NCBI GenBank assembly: GCA_964016885.1
Contig: OZ024742.1
Span: 213,032,001 to 213,096,000, forward strand
Reading direction: 5' to 3'
DNA length: 64,000 bases
Source of the DNA: Eledone cirrhosa
Taxonomy: Eukaryota
A program made the translations under genes and the position numbers. Below the pieces are notes generated by a model that was not told the origin of the DNA, ran no database searches, and was given only the letters and a program-made list of their open reading frames with translations. Each line of letters starts with the position of its first letter. The stretch's first letter is position 1. Positions 12,371 through 25,475 of the stretch are shown one piece after another.

Positions 12371-12409
12371 TAGAGTGAGATACAGAAAGGGATATAGAGG
12401 AAGAATCGA

Positions 12410-12595
12410 TGCCAGTACTTGACTGTTCCTTTTTTTTATCGACCTTGAATAGATGAAAGGTAAAGTTGACCTCGGTGGGATAGATGAAAGGTAAAGTTGA
12501 CCTCGGTGGGGTTTGAACTCAGAGAGCAGGGAGTCGAAACGAAACCGCAAAGCATTCCATCTGACGTTCTAACGACTCTGCCAAATCGCCGCATA
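12410..12595 (-). mobile_element. SINE (Meta/MESC-like) with ~30-bp internal tandem duplication
   Basis: atagatgaaaggtaaagttgacctcggtggg occurs twice, followed by tttgaactcag. Confidence 0.85.
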
Positions 12596-12685
12596 TCACT
12601 TCCCTTTAGTAATTGAATAATCTCCAATGTCATCTCCAATGTTTATCCCGTTCGTAAAAACAAACAAACAAACAAAACCGAAACA

Positions 12686-12780
12686 ACAAAAAGAAAAAAA
12701 GAAAAAAAGAAAAAAAGAAAAAAAGAAAAAAAGAAAAAAAGAAAAAAAGAAAAAAAGAAAAAAATAAAATAAAATAAAAA
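12686..12780. repeat. (AAAAAAG)n / (AAAAT)n simple repeat
   Basis: Directly visible. Confidence 0.9.
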
Positions 12781-15490
12781 CATAACAATCATAACATCTT
12801 TATACGGTTCAAAAGCTTGGTTTTTCTTCCTGACAGTAATTCATATCAACACCGGTGGTAAATATACAAACATGAAATGTTCTAATTCGTAATCACCTGA
12901 ACAGTTATTGATTTTACATGATTTGTCCACTATTTCTAATGTACACAATAATTTCTCAAATACAGCAATTTGTCGATAGTTTTAACTAATCTGATCAAAG
13001 CTTCAGTCATTATCTAATAAGCTGTTCTCTTATTTATAACCTCTACTGTTTGTATTTATAGTTAAGCAATGATTTACTGAGCTTAATCCGTCTTACCTAT
13101 ATACAGAGAAAGATGTCTTTGACATTTGAAATGCAGTACTATACATATATGAGGCAAATATTACTGGCATGAAACAGTAACCCGAAACGAATTAATATTA
13201 GTCGATTTGTTGACTTTCACTCTTTTTACTCTCTCTTTCTTTCATTATCTCTCTCCACACACACACACAGACAAATACAAACACATACACACACAATCAC
13301 ATAAACACACAAACGTATACACACACACGCACACATAAGCACAAACACACCCACACAGAAAGCTATTTAATTATATAAACAATCTATATGTCAAAAGAGG
13401 TTTTATCATTTATCCTTCAGTTTCAGTGAATATTTATGGATTTCCACTACATCTGCTGTAAATTTCTGCCATGCTAAACACTGATGTACTGAATTATCGT
13501 TAGACATGTAGTATTTTGACCTTCTTTAGAAAATCCCAAAGTGATAAATACACTTAAATGTGTATCACATGACAATGTTTTCTGTATCGATTTAACTTCA
13601 GACAAAATAGTTTTAAGTATGTTATATGGTAGATCGTAACAACTCCCAGTATTACTAAGTGAAAATTGTTTCCAGTATACTACGGGAAAACAAATGACTA
13701 AATCATCAAAGTTATCATTAATGCATTAAACGAAGAAATAATTTTATTGAAGTTTTATTTGACTTAGAAACCTATTTAATTTATATTTATTAAAAATATT
13801 ACAATCTGATATAGATGATGCTTTAAGTTATTGTTCTGATAATACTTATAATGGCTTATAAAATCGTGCATTTTTCTATATTTTCAATAACATTTATCAG
13901 ATAAGAAATAATTCTTATATCATAACCCATATCTGTTGATTAAGCATTTGTAATGTTCCCAGAATTAGGAGATGAGAAGGAAAAGCAAATAAACAAATCT
14001 ATTGCGTATATCTTTAAGCATATCATCTTTTCAACAATAACAAAATCATCTATGACCCTTAACAAAACCTTGCATCCCAAACCAGACCATAACATTTTTG
14101 ATTGCTATAGCCTCAGTTTGTCTTCTGTCAAAGATCGTTGACAAAATCCTGCAACTGTACACATCTGACACTTTTTAAAATAGATTCTGAGATATTCTTA
14201 ACTACATCTGTGAGTAACGACAGCCTTTTACAAAAGCCGGCGACGCGGTATTTGACAGCATTCAGTCTACATCCAGTTTGTGAATAGTCTCGATCTTATA
14301 GCTATAACGAAGTCAATTAATCAAAATTCATATCATAGTAAGGTATCAGGAGCATTAAAAGAGATATAATCTCCCTCTCCAACTTTTCCGATCACTCGGC
14401 AATTTCATATTTTTTATATGACCAAACCATCTATAGTAGTTTCCGACTTTTGACAATCGACTGAAAACTTTAGAGGTTAGTCTTCCAAATATTCTATTTC
14501 CTAACATGCTCGTCAGTTCGGTGTTCTAAACATGGAATGCGAAGCATCTTGCCATAGCAGTTGATTTTCAAAGGCCACGATCATGTTCACTTATTCAGTA
14601 TTTGATGTTCATAAAGGACACTTGGAATTACTATTGCTTTAAAATCGATTTTATTTTGTTGTTATTGTAATCCTTTCATTTTTCCAAACAGGGCTAACTT
14701 TGCTAAAGCTGTTATAACTGTATTGAATTTTTCTTTGATCTCACGTCTTCTGTTATTGATCATCCCAAATCCTTGATATAAACCAAATAGGCTTACCTAT
14801 AAACGGTCTTTAATATATCAAACAACCATCTGATTATGTCATCTATAAAAGATACCTCAATAAAATATTGCAAAGGCTTTAGACAAAATATATGAACCAT
14901 AATCAAATTGTATATCTGCAAATGGTTCTGAACCTCGAAAACTACATAAACGAAGAATTCTCAAGTGTATAACTATATTCCAGATATATTTAATCTTGTG
15001 GTGGTCTAGTTTATAGTTAACTTTACAAAACATCACATAACCAGTATTTACAAATCTACTAACCATTATAAAAGAAATTCATTATCTTTGTCCATTCATG
15101 TTCGGATAAAGTGGTTTGAAAATGTTTGAGATTGATTGAGGGGTAACGTTGAGATAAATTAGTTGTGTAACAGATTGTAAAATCCTGACCGAACAATATA
15201 GACCAGGCGTTACTCAGTTATACCATATCAATACCGACCAATGTATCAAACTACAGAATCTTGACACGTCTCAATTTACCATGTCTCCGTAGATATGATA
15301 AAATTTACTTCGCAATCTTGAGGTTTCTCTTTCGATCCCACTACTCGTCACGTTGGACAACTATTGTCAGCCATGACTTTGCGTGGCTCTAAATCTTGAC
15401 GGTATAGTTAAATAGACGAAAACAATAAATGTACACTGAATCTACCCAACGATTATATTAAGTATTTATGTAATACACTTTAATAAAATC

Positions 15491-15686
15491 ACAGACCTGT
15501 CAAATTTCCCCGTCCGATGGGGAGATATCCTATCCACTTTGGGGTGGGTCGGAGATGTCTCCTCTTGTGAAAATGTGTATAAATTTCATTATGTAAAATC
15601 TCTCCCGTTTGCCTCATTTCTCCCCGTTTTGGGGCACTTTTTTTCATGGTACTCCTCGTTTGGGTTTTTAGAGGTTGGCAGGTCTG
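15491..15686. mobile_element. MITE with TIRs CAGACCTGTCAA / TTGGCAGGTCTG (hAT-like; other copies 17588-17836, 23223-23370 partial, 34628-34995)
   Basis: Terminal inverted repeats and a conserved internal sequence in four copies. Superfamily is inferred only from the termini and imperfect ~8-bp flanks. Confidence 0.8.
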
Positions 15687-16498
15687 AAATCAGTGTGTGG
15701 TTCCATTGACCGAATAATTAGAACACTCATAGATGAAACCGACACTTGGTCTATGAAGGTGATTGCAATAGACAACACTATTCTACATGGCTTGGGAAAA
15801 GGCAAATGATAAATATCTTCATTCCAACCAGCCGTTTTCGCTCCACCTCTGGATAAAGCTTCAGCAACTATTCAGGTTTAGGCCTACTTATTCATGCTGG
15901 TCAAATAGTGGAGTGATTAGCTCTAACCTATGGCAACGTTGCAGAACAGACACCAAAAATCTAGCCTGATGCTCTAATAATATCCCTAATGCACCATCAT
16001 GTATTGGTACTTAATTTTGTAGACTCCAAAAGGATGAACGGTATAGTTAATTTGGGTAGAATTTGAACTTAAACTCAGAGCGCAGTAAACCAGAACGAAA
16101 ACTATGAGTCATTCTAATCGACGCTCAAATAATTCTTAAAGTTTGCCGCCTTAAATATCACATATTGTAATCAGCCACTATGATTCTACGTTTTTGTTCC
16201 CATTCACCTTCCTTAAAATACTTCCAGATGACTTTACTATACATAAATTAACAGGGAAACCTCTAGGCGCCAGATTATCGTTCACTAATCCCCCCACTAC
16301 AGATGAGCGGCTTTAAAGAATTTAGCCTAGTAATTAATCTTCACTGGGCTGTATAATAGTTCTCGGTCATATATTCGTACTCATTCATCATTTAACACAT
16401 CTAATCCAATATGCATTAGTTTTACTGCTTACCTACATTTCATTTCAGTGTTTTCTGCCCCCCTCTCTCTCTGTCTGTCTCTCTGTCTGTCTCTCCCC

Positions 16499-16576
<78 letters not shown>

Positions 16577-16584
<8 letters not shown>

Positions 16585-16983
16585 AGATCAAAAGATGGTT
16601 AAAGGAGTTCCATGTATTTTATTATGCGCATTTCAAAAACAAACATCATCAAGCAATAGTATTTGTGTTTTCATCAGATAAAACAGGAGAACATGATATG
16701 AAGGCTAAAAAACACCCGTGGATAGTGCAGTTTTAAATCAACATTCACTATCCACGGGTGTTTTTTAGCCTTCATATCATGTTCTCCTGTTTTATCTGAT
16801 GAAAACACAAATATTATTGCTTGATGATGTTTGTTTTTGAAATGCGCATAATAAAATACATGGAACTCCTTTAACCATCTTTTGATCTTATATTATGTAT
16901 ACTCCAGTCCTACAAACTGTAGAGTGCTTCTTATCCGATATCTGCATTGCTTTATTGTACTACAATAAAACTCACCTCCTACA
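16577..16983. mobile_element. Fold-back Penelope-like element remnant between (TA)n arrays
   Basis: ~151-bp near-perfect inverted repeat (16577-16727 / 16746-16896) plus a unique 3' extension to 16983. Each arm carries a hammerhead motif. Confidence 0.8.
16790..16856 (+). ncRNA. Type I hammerhead ribozyme motif (mirror copy on minus at 16617-16683)
   Basis: Stem I TTTTAT/ATAAAA, CUGAUGA 16796-16802, stem II, GAAA 16839-16842, palindromic stem III ATGCGCAT, AUA cleavage triplet ending at 16850. Confidence 0.75.
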
Positions 16984-17021
16984 TATATATATATATAGAT
17001 ATATATATCTTTAGTTTTGAT

Positions 17022-17053
<32 letters not shown>

Positions 17054-17077
17054 GATATATATATCTTTAGTTTTGAT

Positions 17078-17146
<69 letters not shown>

Positions 17147-17212
17147 TTAAATGGAAAAATGAAACGAAATTTCATTTCTCACTCTTAATACGGCAGTTAC
17201 TTACATATATTA

Positions 17213-17263
<51 letters not shown>

Positions 17264-17587
17264 TTGTTTATCGTCGAGCTAACAACGTTGTAATACTATG
17301 GAGTTCATAACTACAATCAATTTGGCACTATATCGATTTTTCATGATCAATCAATCAACTTTCTGAAGCGATCGTAAAACAATGAACTGATTAAGCATTA
17401 AACTTCGCCTTTTGTTTTCATTGTTCAACACACACACACACGCGCGCACACACACACACAAACAACCCCCAAAACACACACACACACATAGACACATACA
17501 TGTATATATATGTAGAATCTCGATGTAAATCTGAAGGTAGCCACTTAAAATGTAAAAAAGTTATTCAATACCTTAACAGAGTATATC

Positions 17588-17836
17588 ACACCTGTCAACT
17601 CTCTCCATCCGATGGGGGAGATCTCCCACCTACTTTGGGGTGGGTGAGGGATATCTTCTCTTGTGAAAATGGGTATAGCTTTCATAAAGTACCAGTAATA
17701 CACTGGATAATTGCTGGCCTTGTGCCAAAAGTAGAAATAATTATGTAATATCTCCCCATTTTGCCTCATTTCTCCCCGTTTTGGGGTACTTTTTTATGGT
17801 ACACCCCTTTGGGGTTTTTAGGGGTTGGCAGGTCTG
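17588..17836. mobile_element. MITE (same family as 15491) containing a SINE 3' fragment at 17686-17742
   Basis: TIRs cacctgtcaac / gttggcaggtctg. Inserted aaagtaccagtaatacactgg..gtagaaataatt. Confidence 0.8.
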
Positions 17837-18154
17837 GTATAGCTATATTCATTTTATTGTAGAAATGACTTCCACAAGATTATATCTGTTTCATTCGTAT
17901 GAAATCACCAGGAAACCGATCCAACCAGGTCAGACATACACAGAACTACCAACGTCCTCATTTCCCTATTTTCTCTGAACGCTATTCAATTCATTATCCA
18001 TCACATAATTCTTTGCACATTCATCATGTGAAACTGTTTGCAACATGATTTACTTGAAATGGTGTATTACATGGTAAAAATTGAAGCAAGTGTTGATTAG
18101 AGTATAGAATGGCAGGCGATCACATGGAGGTTGATATCATTATTAGTCGAAGGT

Positions 18155-18352
18155 AAGGCGGTGGATTGGTATAATCGGTACAGCTTCGAGCAACATGCTT
18201 AGCGGCATAGAGTTATAGCCCTTTACGTTCAGAGTTCAACCCTTCACCCCCACCCGATGTTAACTTTGCTTTTCATCCTTACGGGGTCGATAAAATAAAG
18301 TACCAACAATGCACTGGGGTCGATTTAATTGACTTACCCCTCCCAGAAACCA
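18155..18352 (+). mobile_element. SINE (Meta/MESC-like) with target-site duplication
   Basis: Flanked by CATTATTAGTCGA(A/G)GGTA direct repeats. Confidence 0.9.
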
Positions 18353-18899
18353 TTATTAGTCGAGGGTACGAAACGTTCATTGGTTTTGACTATTTTTTTT
18401 TTTATCTTTCTCGTCTCAACTAGACTGCACTGTCAACAGCTGTAAAATTTTGTTGAAAATGACAAGCCTAGATATAAAGCTTATTTTCCGCTATTGTCCC
18501 ATAATGCATTTCAAACAGTCACCCGAGCACAACTTTAACATGAGCAAGCTATTCAAGTCTCAATGATTGTATTGTCGAAATGGGATTAATCTGAAGCAGT
18601 AGTTTTTGAACTGTTTATTCGGGGTCACCCATATAGTTAGGTATATTGGTTCTTCATTTGATATATAGACAATATACACAATCCTTTCCCAGTTTGGATT
18701 CCTCCCTTGACTAATATCTCTCCCCAATTCCACCCTTGGTTAAAATCCTCCCCTACGAACCATGTAACTCTCCTCCCAGTTGAAAAGCTCTGAACAAACA
18801 ACAACACAACAAAAAAGTGGTTTAGCACTTAGTTTATATGTCAAATAAAGGAGAAATCAGAAAAGATCCATATCATTCTGAGATTTATCACAGGTTAAT

Positions 18900-19450
18900 T
18901 GTTTATCATGAATGCATACGCCGCGCCTGTCTACGTACTACGCACTAGCGTTCACGTGACTGTACAGTCACACTGGACTCAGTCAAAGAAGTCGCCTACA
19001 TATTATACTGCAGGCGGGGATGATAAATATCAGTTGACAGTTTGGCTTAGGTTTCGCGAGAAAGTATGTTGTGTTTGTATTATTTATCGTCGCGAGATCA
19101 CGGTGATTTAAAAAGAAATGCGTTAACAACCCCATTAATGAGAGGTTTCATTGTAATTCCCAGCACAAACTTTTCTCGTGAGGCTAATAAATATATAATA
19201 GTATTTCCTCTCTTTTCTCCACCTTTTCTTGTTTTTCCTCTGTTTAACTAAACACTGCCTGTAATGCCGGCTATTTATTTCATTGACTTTTACTTCCGGT
19301 CAGAAGTTAATCATCTCATGTATTCTCATGCCCTAACATCGCAATATTACGCTATATATATAAGTGACAATCGCTGTAGTTACGCATAATTTATCAAAGG
19401 ACGGATTTCACGACATGTCATTGTTTCGATTCGCAGTTGATGCAGCTTTT
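18900..19450. promoter_or_regulatory. Candidate promoter-like CpG-retaining segment
   Basis: TCACGTGAC E-box 18952-18960, TCGCGAGA at ~19054 and ~19090, ACTTCCGGT ETS site 19292-19300, in non-repetitive DNA. Confidence 0.35.
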
Positions 19451-19559
19451 CTCAGTCCCTATCTACTACTGAACTTCCATTTCTGTCCAAACCCATTCTA
19501 TATATTTGGCTCTCTTGTTATCGCCAATACTACTGCATGAAGAGATTTACCCCATGAAG

Positions 19560-20095
19560 CCCTTTACGTTCTGAGTTCAAATCCCACCAATGTTAACTTT
19601 GCTTTTCATCCTGCACTGGAGTAATTGCTGGCCTTGTGCCAAAATTAGAAACCATTATTAAATACCTCCCGAAACCCTTTACATTCTGATTTCAAATCCC
19701 GTCAAGGTTAGCTTTGCCTTTCAGCCTTATAGAGTCTATAAAATAAATCACCAGTTATGCACTGGGGTCGATTTAATCGACTTTTCCCTTCCCTTCAAAT
19801 TACTGCCATTGTGCCAAATATGGAAACAATCGGGAAATACCCCGTGAAGCAGCAAGGCTGAATGGTCAAGAAGTTTACTTCGCATTCATTTAGTTCCGAG
19901 TTCGATCGCATTGAAAGTGTCATTTATCCTATTTACGGGTTGACACAAATTCATTTTGAAGCCAGTCGAATAGACTGTACCTGAAATTCAAAGGGCCGGC
20001 TTGTTACACACTATTACACTGAATCTCTCTGATAATTACATTAAGTATACACGTTTCTGGGGAATGCTCAGTCACTTGCACGTTAATTTCGTTCA
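19560..20095 (+). mobile_element. Cluster of three truncated or decayed SINEs
   Basis: Two Meta/MESC-like bodies (19560-19660, 19675-19830) and one CORE-like SINE (19845-20095). Confidence 0.75.
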
Positions 20096-22489
20096 ATCCT
20101 TTCTACCCTGCCCATGTTTTTGTCTACAGACACCAGCTTGCAGAGATTCAAAGTGAACTCATTTAAACTTATTTCACCAGTGAGATACCGCTAACGAATG
20201 ACATGCATCAACACCCCTCCTTCGATTCAATAAAAAAGAAGGTTCCATATAATTCCATTCGTCATGTCTCTAAACTTTCCTTTTTTATTTATATATTCAT
20301 TATTCTAATAAAAGGTTGTGTATTTCCACCAAGTAATTTGATTTCTTTTTTATATATTATGAGTTCCAATTCTGACTTATTTGATTTTTCCTAGCATATT
20401 TCTGGAGTCGATAAAATAAATACCAATTGTATACTGGAGATAATTTCAATCGACTACACAGTACTTTACTCTGGCAAAATGCGGTCTTGTCAAATGACAT
20501 CAATAGAAATTCGGCTACTAGAAATGGAGGACAGCATAGTACCATACGTCATGGAATCCGTTTCTAAGTCCAAATCTCCCAGAAGTCAAACTTCATCATT
20601 TATTTCTTCAGCATCAGTAGAATTAGGTTGTGAAGGTCAATCCAAGGTTTTCAAATTTAAATTAACCCCACCCCGCCCCACCCCTCCAATTAATGATTTG
20701 ATGTTCAAGTTAAATAATTATTAAATGCATTTTCTGATTCTAATGGTTGTCATGAGAACAAGTAACTCTATCATAGTGTTTGGTTCGATTTTTCAGCTGC
20801 GATCAGCTTTGCTTTTCATCCTACCTAGATTTACATTTCATCAATATACACGCGATAGATTCATTCAACCTTTCATGAAACGTAAAGAAGACAAGAAAAG
20901 AAACAAAAGTTGACTGCGCCCGTTCAAATGAAATCAATATTTCGAATCTCCTTTTCATATTTCAGTTTTATTTCTAATTCAATTCAGTTTCAATTTCAAT
21001 TCCACATTTTCACATTTCAAATAAACGAATAGGTTTTATTAATTAAAATATTTGAAAATTCCTTCTTTTTTTCGGTTCAAGTTCGGATTCAAAAGAATTC
21101 AACAAAAGGGCTTAAACTACAAATATCACTCTTTTGATATCTTCATTTTAACAAAGTGTTATATACATATATATATATTTTAGATCCCCAACTCTTGGCT
21201 GAGTTATAGGGGCGCCGTTGTGACACAGGGTTTTTCTTGGGCATTTTAAACCAGGCGGGGCCCATCACTTTCCAGGTCTGAACAACATAGTCGATCTCTT
21301 CTAGAGAAAGAAAAATGGAAAGCCAACTTGTATCAAATAAAAATTTAAATATGAGAGAGTTTAGTGTGTAATAAGTCTGGGGAGTATAGCACTCTGAACC
21401 ACTTCTTTGTTTCCCTTTTTAATACCCACTTATTTATTGTTGATGTAGATCAATGCTAGTCTCATTTATCTATATGAAGCTTCAGTGATTTCTTCATCAA
21501 TCAGAATGACAGGCAAAATGCCCTCAACATCATTCCCAAAACTGCCACTTCGGTCTTTAAAAAACACTTTTTTAACGGCTAGTACTTAGTTCCGATTTCA
21601 TGCCATTATTCTTAATACTCCGGCACCTACTACTAACGTCTAGGTCTACTGATACAATATCGAAAAGTTTTCTGCTCAGACACTCAACGAAACACCAGTT
21701 TGAAATCGTTGTCAAGAAGAGCGAGTCGGTGTTGTGTTAAGAAGGGGAGCAGTGAGACTCTTGTCCATCAGTTGACTCTGTATTAACAATTTTTCTGTAT
21801 TACAAATTTGCGTAAGATAATTCATGTTTTAAATATACCTGAGATTTTACCAAGAGAAATTTACTCGCTACAGTGAATGAATCCGTTGAAACTGTTCCTC
21901 CGATGCCTTGAGATTCTTAGTTTGTCCTTTTCTTTTACCAAATATTCGTAACACAAATAAACTTTCTGTGACAAGATAGCTTAAAAAAAGAAAAAAAGAA
22001 AAAAAGAAAAAGAAAAGAAAACAACAAAACAGAATCATGATTTTATTCGACAGCAGTAAAATGTTTAGCGACAGAACCATTTTGTTTAAGCGTAGTTCAA
22101 CATTATTTAACGCAAGAAGGTTTTTAGGCTGTCTGACGTGCGTACTGAAAACCACGCAATTGAAGTGTTAGAAACATGAAAGATACATACAATTTTGCTG
22201 CTTTAGATTAGTTCTGTAGAGAATTAAACTAACTTTCTTGATACAACATTAGTTATGTTGATATATAATACTGTGTAAAGGGTTACTAATTGTATAAAAT
22301 AGACTACATGAAGAAAGGTAGATTGTTGGGGGAGAAAAAAGTACATTTACAGATCAAATGTTAAATAGGTAGCTTTACTCTGATTCTTGAAATGAGAGGT
22401 AACAGTTGGTTCTTATCCCGTCGCCAGCTCTATGACGAGTACATGACCACTACACTTAAATCTCGAACAGCCAAGTTCACTTAGTTGAA

Positions 22490-22745
22490 AAGAAATGCTG
22501 AAGTTGAAGACCGTTTCCTTTTCGTTCCGGTCGCCATCGAGACCTCTGCCTATATCTTACGCAAGATACAGAAGCATGATTCCCTTCCGAGGAACTAGCT
22601 CGGGGGGGGGGGGGGGGTCTGATGTAACGGGTGTCTCTGACTGTTCTCTGCAGCAATATTTTCGTCATTTTGTCCTCGGGGTGCAACTGAGATATACCGC
22701 CTAGACTTCAGTGTAGAGTCAGCCGCCACCCCCGCCACTTGTCTT
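22490..22745 (+). mobile_element. Decayed 3' fragment of a CRE-type non-LTR element
   Basis: Translates DRFLFVPVAIETS...RVSLTVLCSNIFVILSSG, matching GRFLFAPVTIETS...RVSLTIARGNAFAVLTSG of the 55713 ORF. Confidence 0.7.
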
Positions 22746-24020
22746 TACACTTGCTATTTAATGTTATATTTTTATCTCTTCCCCAACTATAAAAATATTG
22801 TTACCACCAAGGGAGGTAGCAATATCATTCTTTCAATATTATTGCATTACTCAATTCTTTTCACGATAACTATATATGTTCACTGATCCCAGCAGCGGTT
22901 GCATTGTCAAATTATCGAGTTTTTTCATGATTTTCGCTTGATTGGTTTGTCATAAGTATATTGCATCAATGGTACTCTAAGACCCAATAGGAAATGTAAT
23001 ATTCTACTATCAACTGCAATGTCACAGTACTATTCACTATTTTCCTTTTTAGATATATGAAATATTAAGTTCTCTTATTTAGATACGAAGATAAACTTTC
23101 TTGGGGTAAAAGAAGATTGCGATGTTGATGCAAATGAATCATAGCAAATCAGCTACATAGATATTAAATCGCTTCCATTTGAGCTTGCTTCGATTATATA
23201 GTTAACTGTAGGCATAAAACACCAGACCTGTCAACTCTCTCCGTCCGATGGGGAGATCTCCCACCCACTTTGACATGGGTGAGAGATGTCTTCTCTTGTG
23301 AAAATTGGTATAGCTTTCATTATGTAAAATCTTCTCATTTTGCTCCATTTCTCCCCGATTTGGGGCAGATAACCGGAAGAAATACCGGAAGGCACTATAT
23401 CCAGTGCTCTAACAATTCAGCCAATTCACCAAAAATTAACAAATCGGCCAATTCGCCGCCTACTATCGAGTTTGCCAATTCACCGCCTACTCAAATACTG
23501 GAGTCGATTTAATCGATTAACCCCCAGCCCCGACAAATTTGTTGGCCTTGTACCTATAACAGAAATCGATATCATATCCACTCAGCTATTCAGACCTTCT
23601 TGCTTTGGAAATAACACATCTTTTGTAGGCGGGAAGAAGTTATATCCACTTGAGGGTGGTGGTGTTGTTGTTGTTGTTGGTGGTGGTGGTGGGGTTGGAG
23701 GGTTGGGGTGGGGGCAAGGTTTCGCGACAGGGGTAAACACTGTCAATGTACTGAATTGCGTAGCGCGAAGCTCATAGTCCAACTTCTTTAATAACTTCAT
23801 CTTTGTTGCTTTAACTCAACAACGAAATAGCACAATTATTAGTTGCTTTTCAGTAAAGAAAAGTGAAACCGTTAATTTAGGGCGTAGGAATAACAACAAT
23901 AGACAGTGTTGTTAAGTAGAAGGGGTGAGGTGAGAGTGTTAGAAACAAGCGGCAGCAAGAATAGTGCTGTAGGATATATAGAGATGATCAGCAGATTTAT
24001 TGATTCAGTATCTCACGATG

Positions 24021-24022
<2 letters not shown>

Positions 24023-24110
<88 letters not shown>

Positions 24111-24135
24111 GTGAGATAGATAAATAGAGTGAGAG

Positions 24136-24231
<96 letters not shown>

Positions 24232-24299
24232 TGGGAGAGAGAGAGACAGGAGAAGAAAGAGAGAAAGAGCGCGTGTGAGATAGATAAATAGAGTGAGAG

Positions 24300-24354
<55 letters not shown>

Positions 24355-24640
24355 GAGAGAGAGAAAGAGTGGGAGAGAGAGAGAGACAGGAGAAGAAAGA
24401 GAGAAAGAGCGCGTGTGAGATAGATAAATAGAGTGAGAGAAATATATATATATATATATATATTATATGTATATATATATATAGAGAGAGAGAGAGCGAG
24501 AACGAGAGCGAGAACGAGAGATAGATAGATAGATCGATAGAGAGACAGATAGATAGAAAGAGAAAAAAAGAGAGAGAAGGATATTGAGAGAGAAAGCGTG
24601 AGAGAGAAAGAGTGAAAGAGAGAGAGAGGAGGGGGGGGTA
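24023..24640. repeat. Compound (GA)n/(TA)n array with a thrice-repeated spacer
   Basis: gcgcgtgtgagatagataaatagagtgagagaaat recurs at ~24105, ~24269 and ~24409. Confidence 0.9.
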
Positions 24641-24835
24641 TTGGAAAGCGTCAATAGGGTATTGACTATAAAGCAGAACGTCTGCTTTGCTCTATTTAAT
24701 ATGATTGCGGCTCTAACCAGGAATATGTAATTGCAAATCAATGAAATTGAATGGATTATCTGCAGTTTATAACTCAGCCAACTTCCTTTCTTTCTGCCAT
24801 TTAGAAACTATCAGAATAATAATTTCTCTGGAAGA

Positions 24836-25475
24836 TCTACCCAGACAACCAGCCGCCCATCTATCTACCCATATATCCACCTACCTATCGATCAATCGAT
24901 CTACCCAGCCAACCAGCCGCCCATCTATCTACCCATATATCCACCTACCTATCGATCAACCCAGCCAACCAGCCGCCCATCTATCTACCCATATATCCAC
25001 CTACCTATCGATCTACCCAGCCAAACAGCTGCCCATCTATCTACCCATATATCCACCTACCTATCGATCAATCGATCTACCCAGCCAACCAGCCGCCCAT
25101 CTATCTACCCATACATCCACCTACCTATCGATCTACCCAGCCAACCAGCCGCCCATCTATCTACCCATACATCCACCTACCTATCGATCAACCCAGCCAA
25201 CCAGCCGCCCATCTATCTACCCATATATCCACCTACCTATCGATCTACCCAGCCAACCAGCTGCCCATCTATCTACCCATACATCCACCTACCTATCGAT
25301 CTACCCAGCCAGCCAGCCGCCCATCTATCCACCCATACATCCACCTACCTATCGATCTACCCAGCCAGCCAGCCGCCCATCTATCCACCCATATATCCAC
25401 CTACCTATCGATCTACCCAGTCAACCAGCCGCCCATCTATCTACCCATACATCCACCCACCTATCGATCAATCGA
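24836..25475. repeat. Minisatellite, ~56-bp unit, about 11 copies
   Basis: Unit ctacccagccaaccagccgcccatctatctacccatacatccacctacctatcgat. Confidence 0.92.

Noticed and set aside
14857-15066. SFRGSEPF resembling the lipase class 3 AFRGTEPF motif
   Set aside because: No GHSLG motif or continuous frame found downstream; likely chance.
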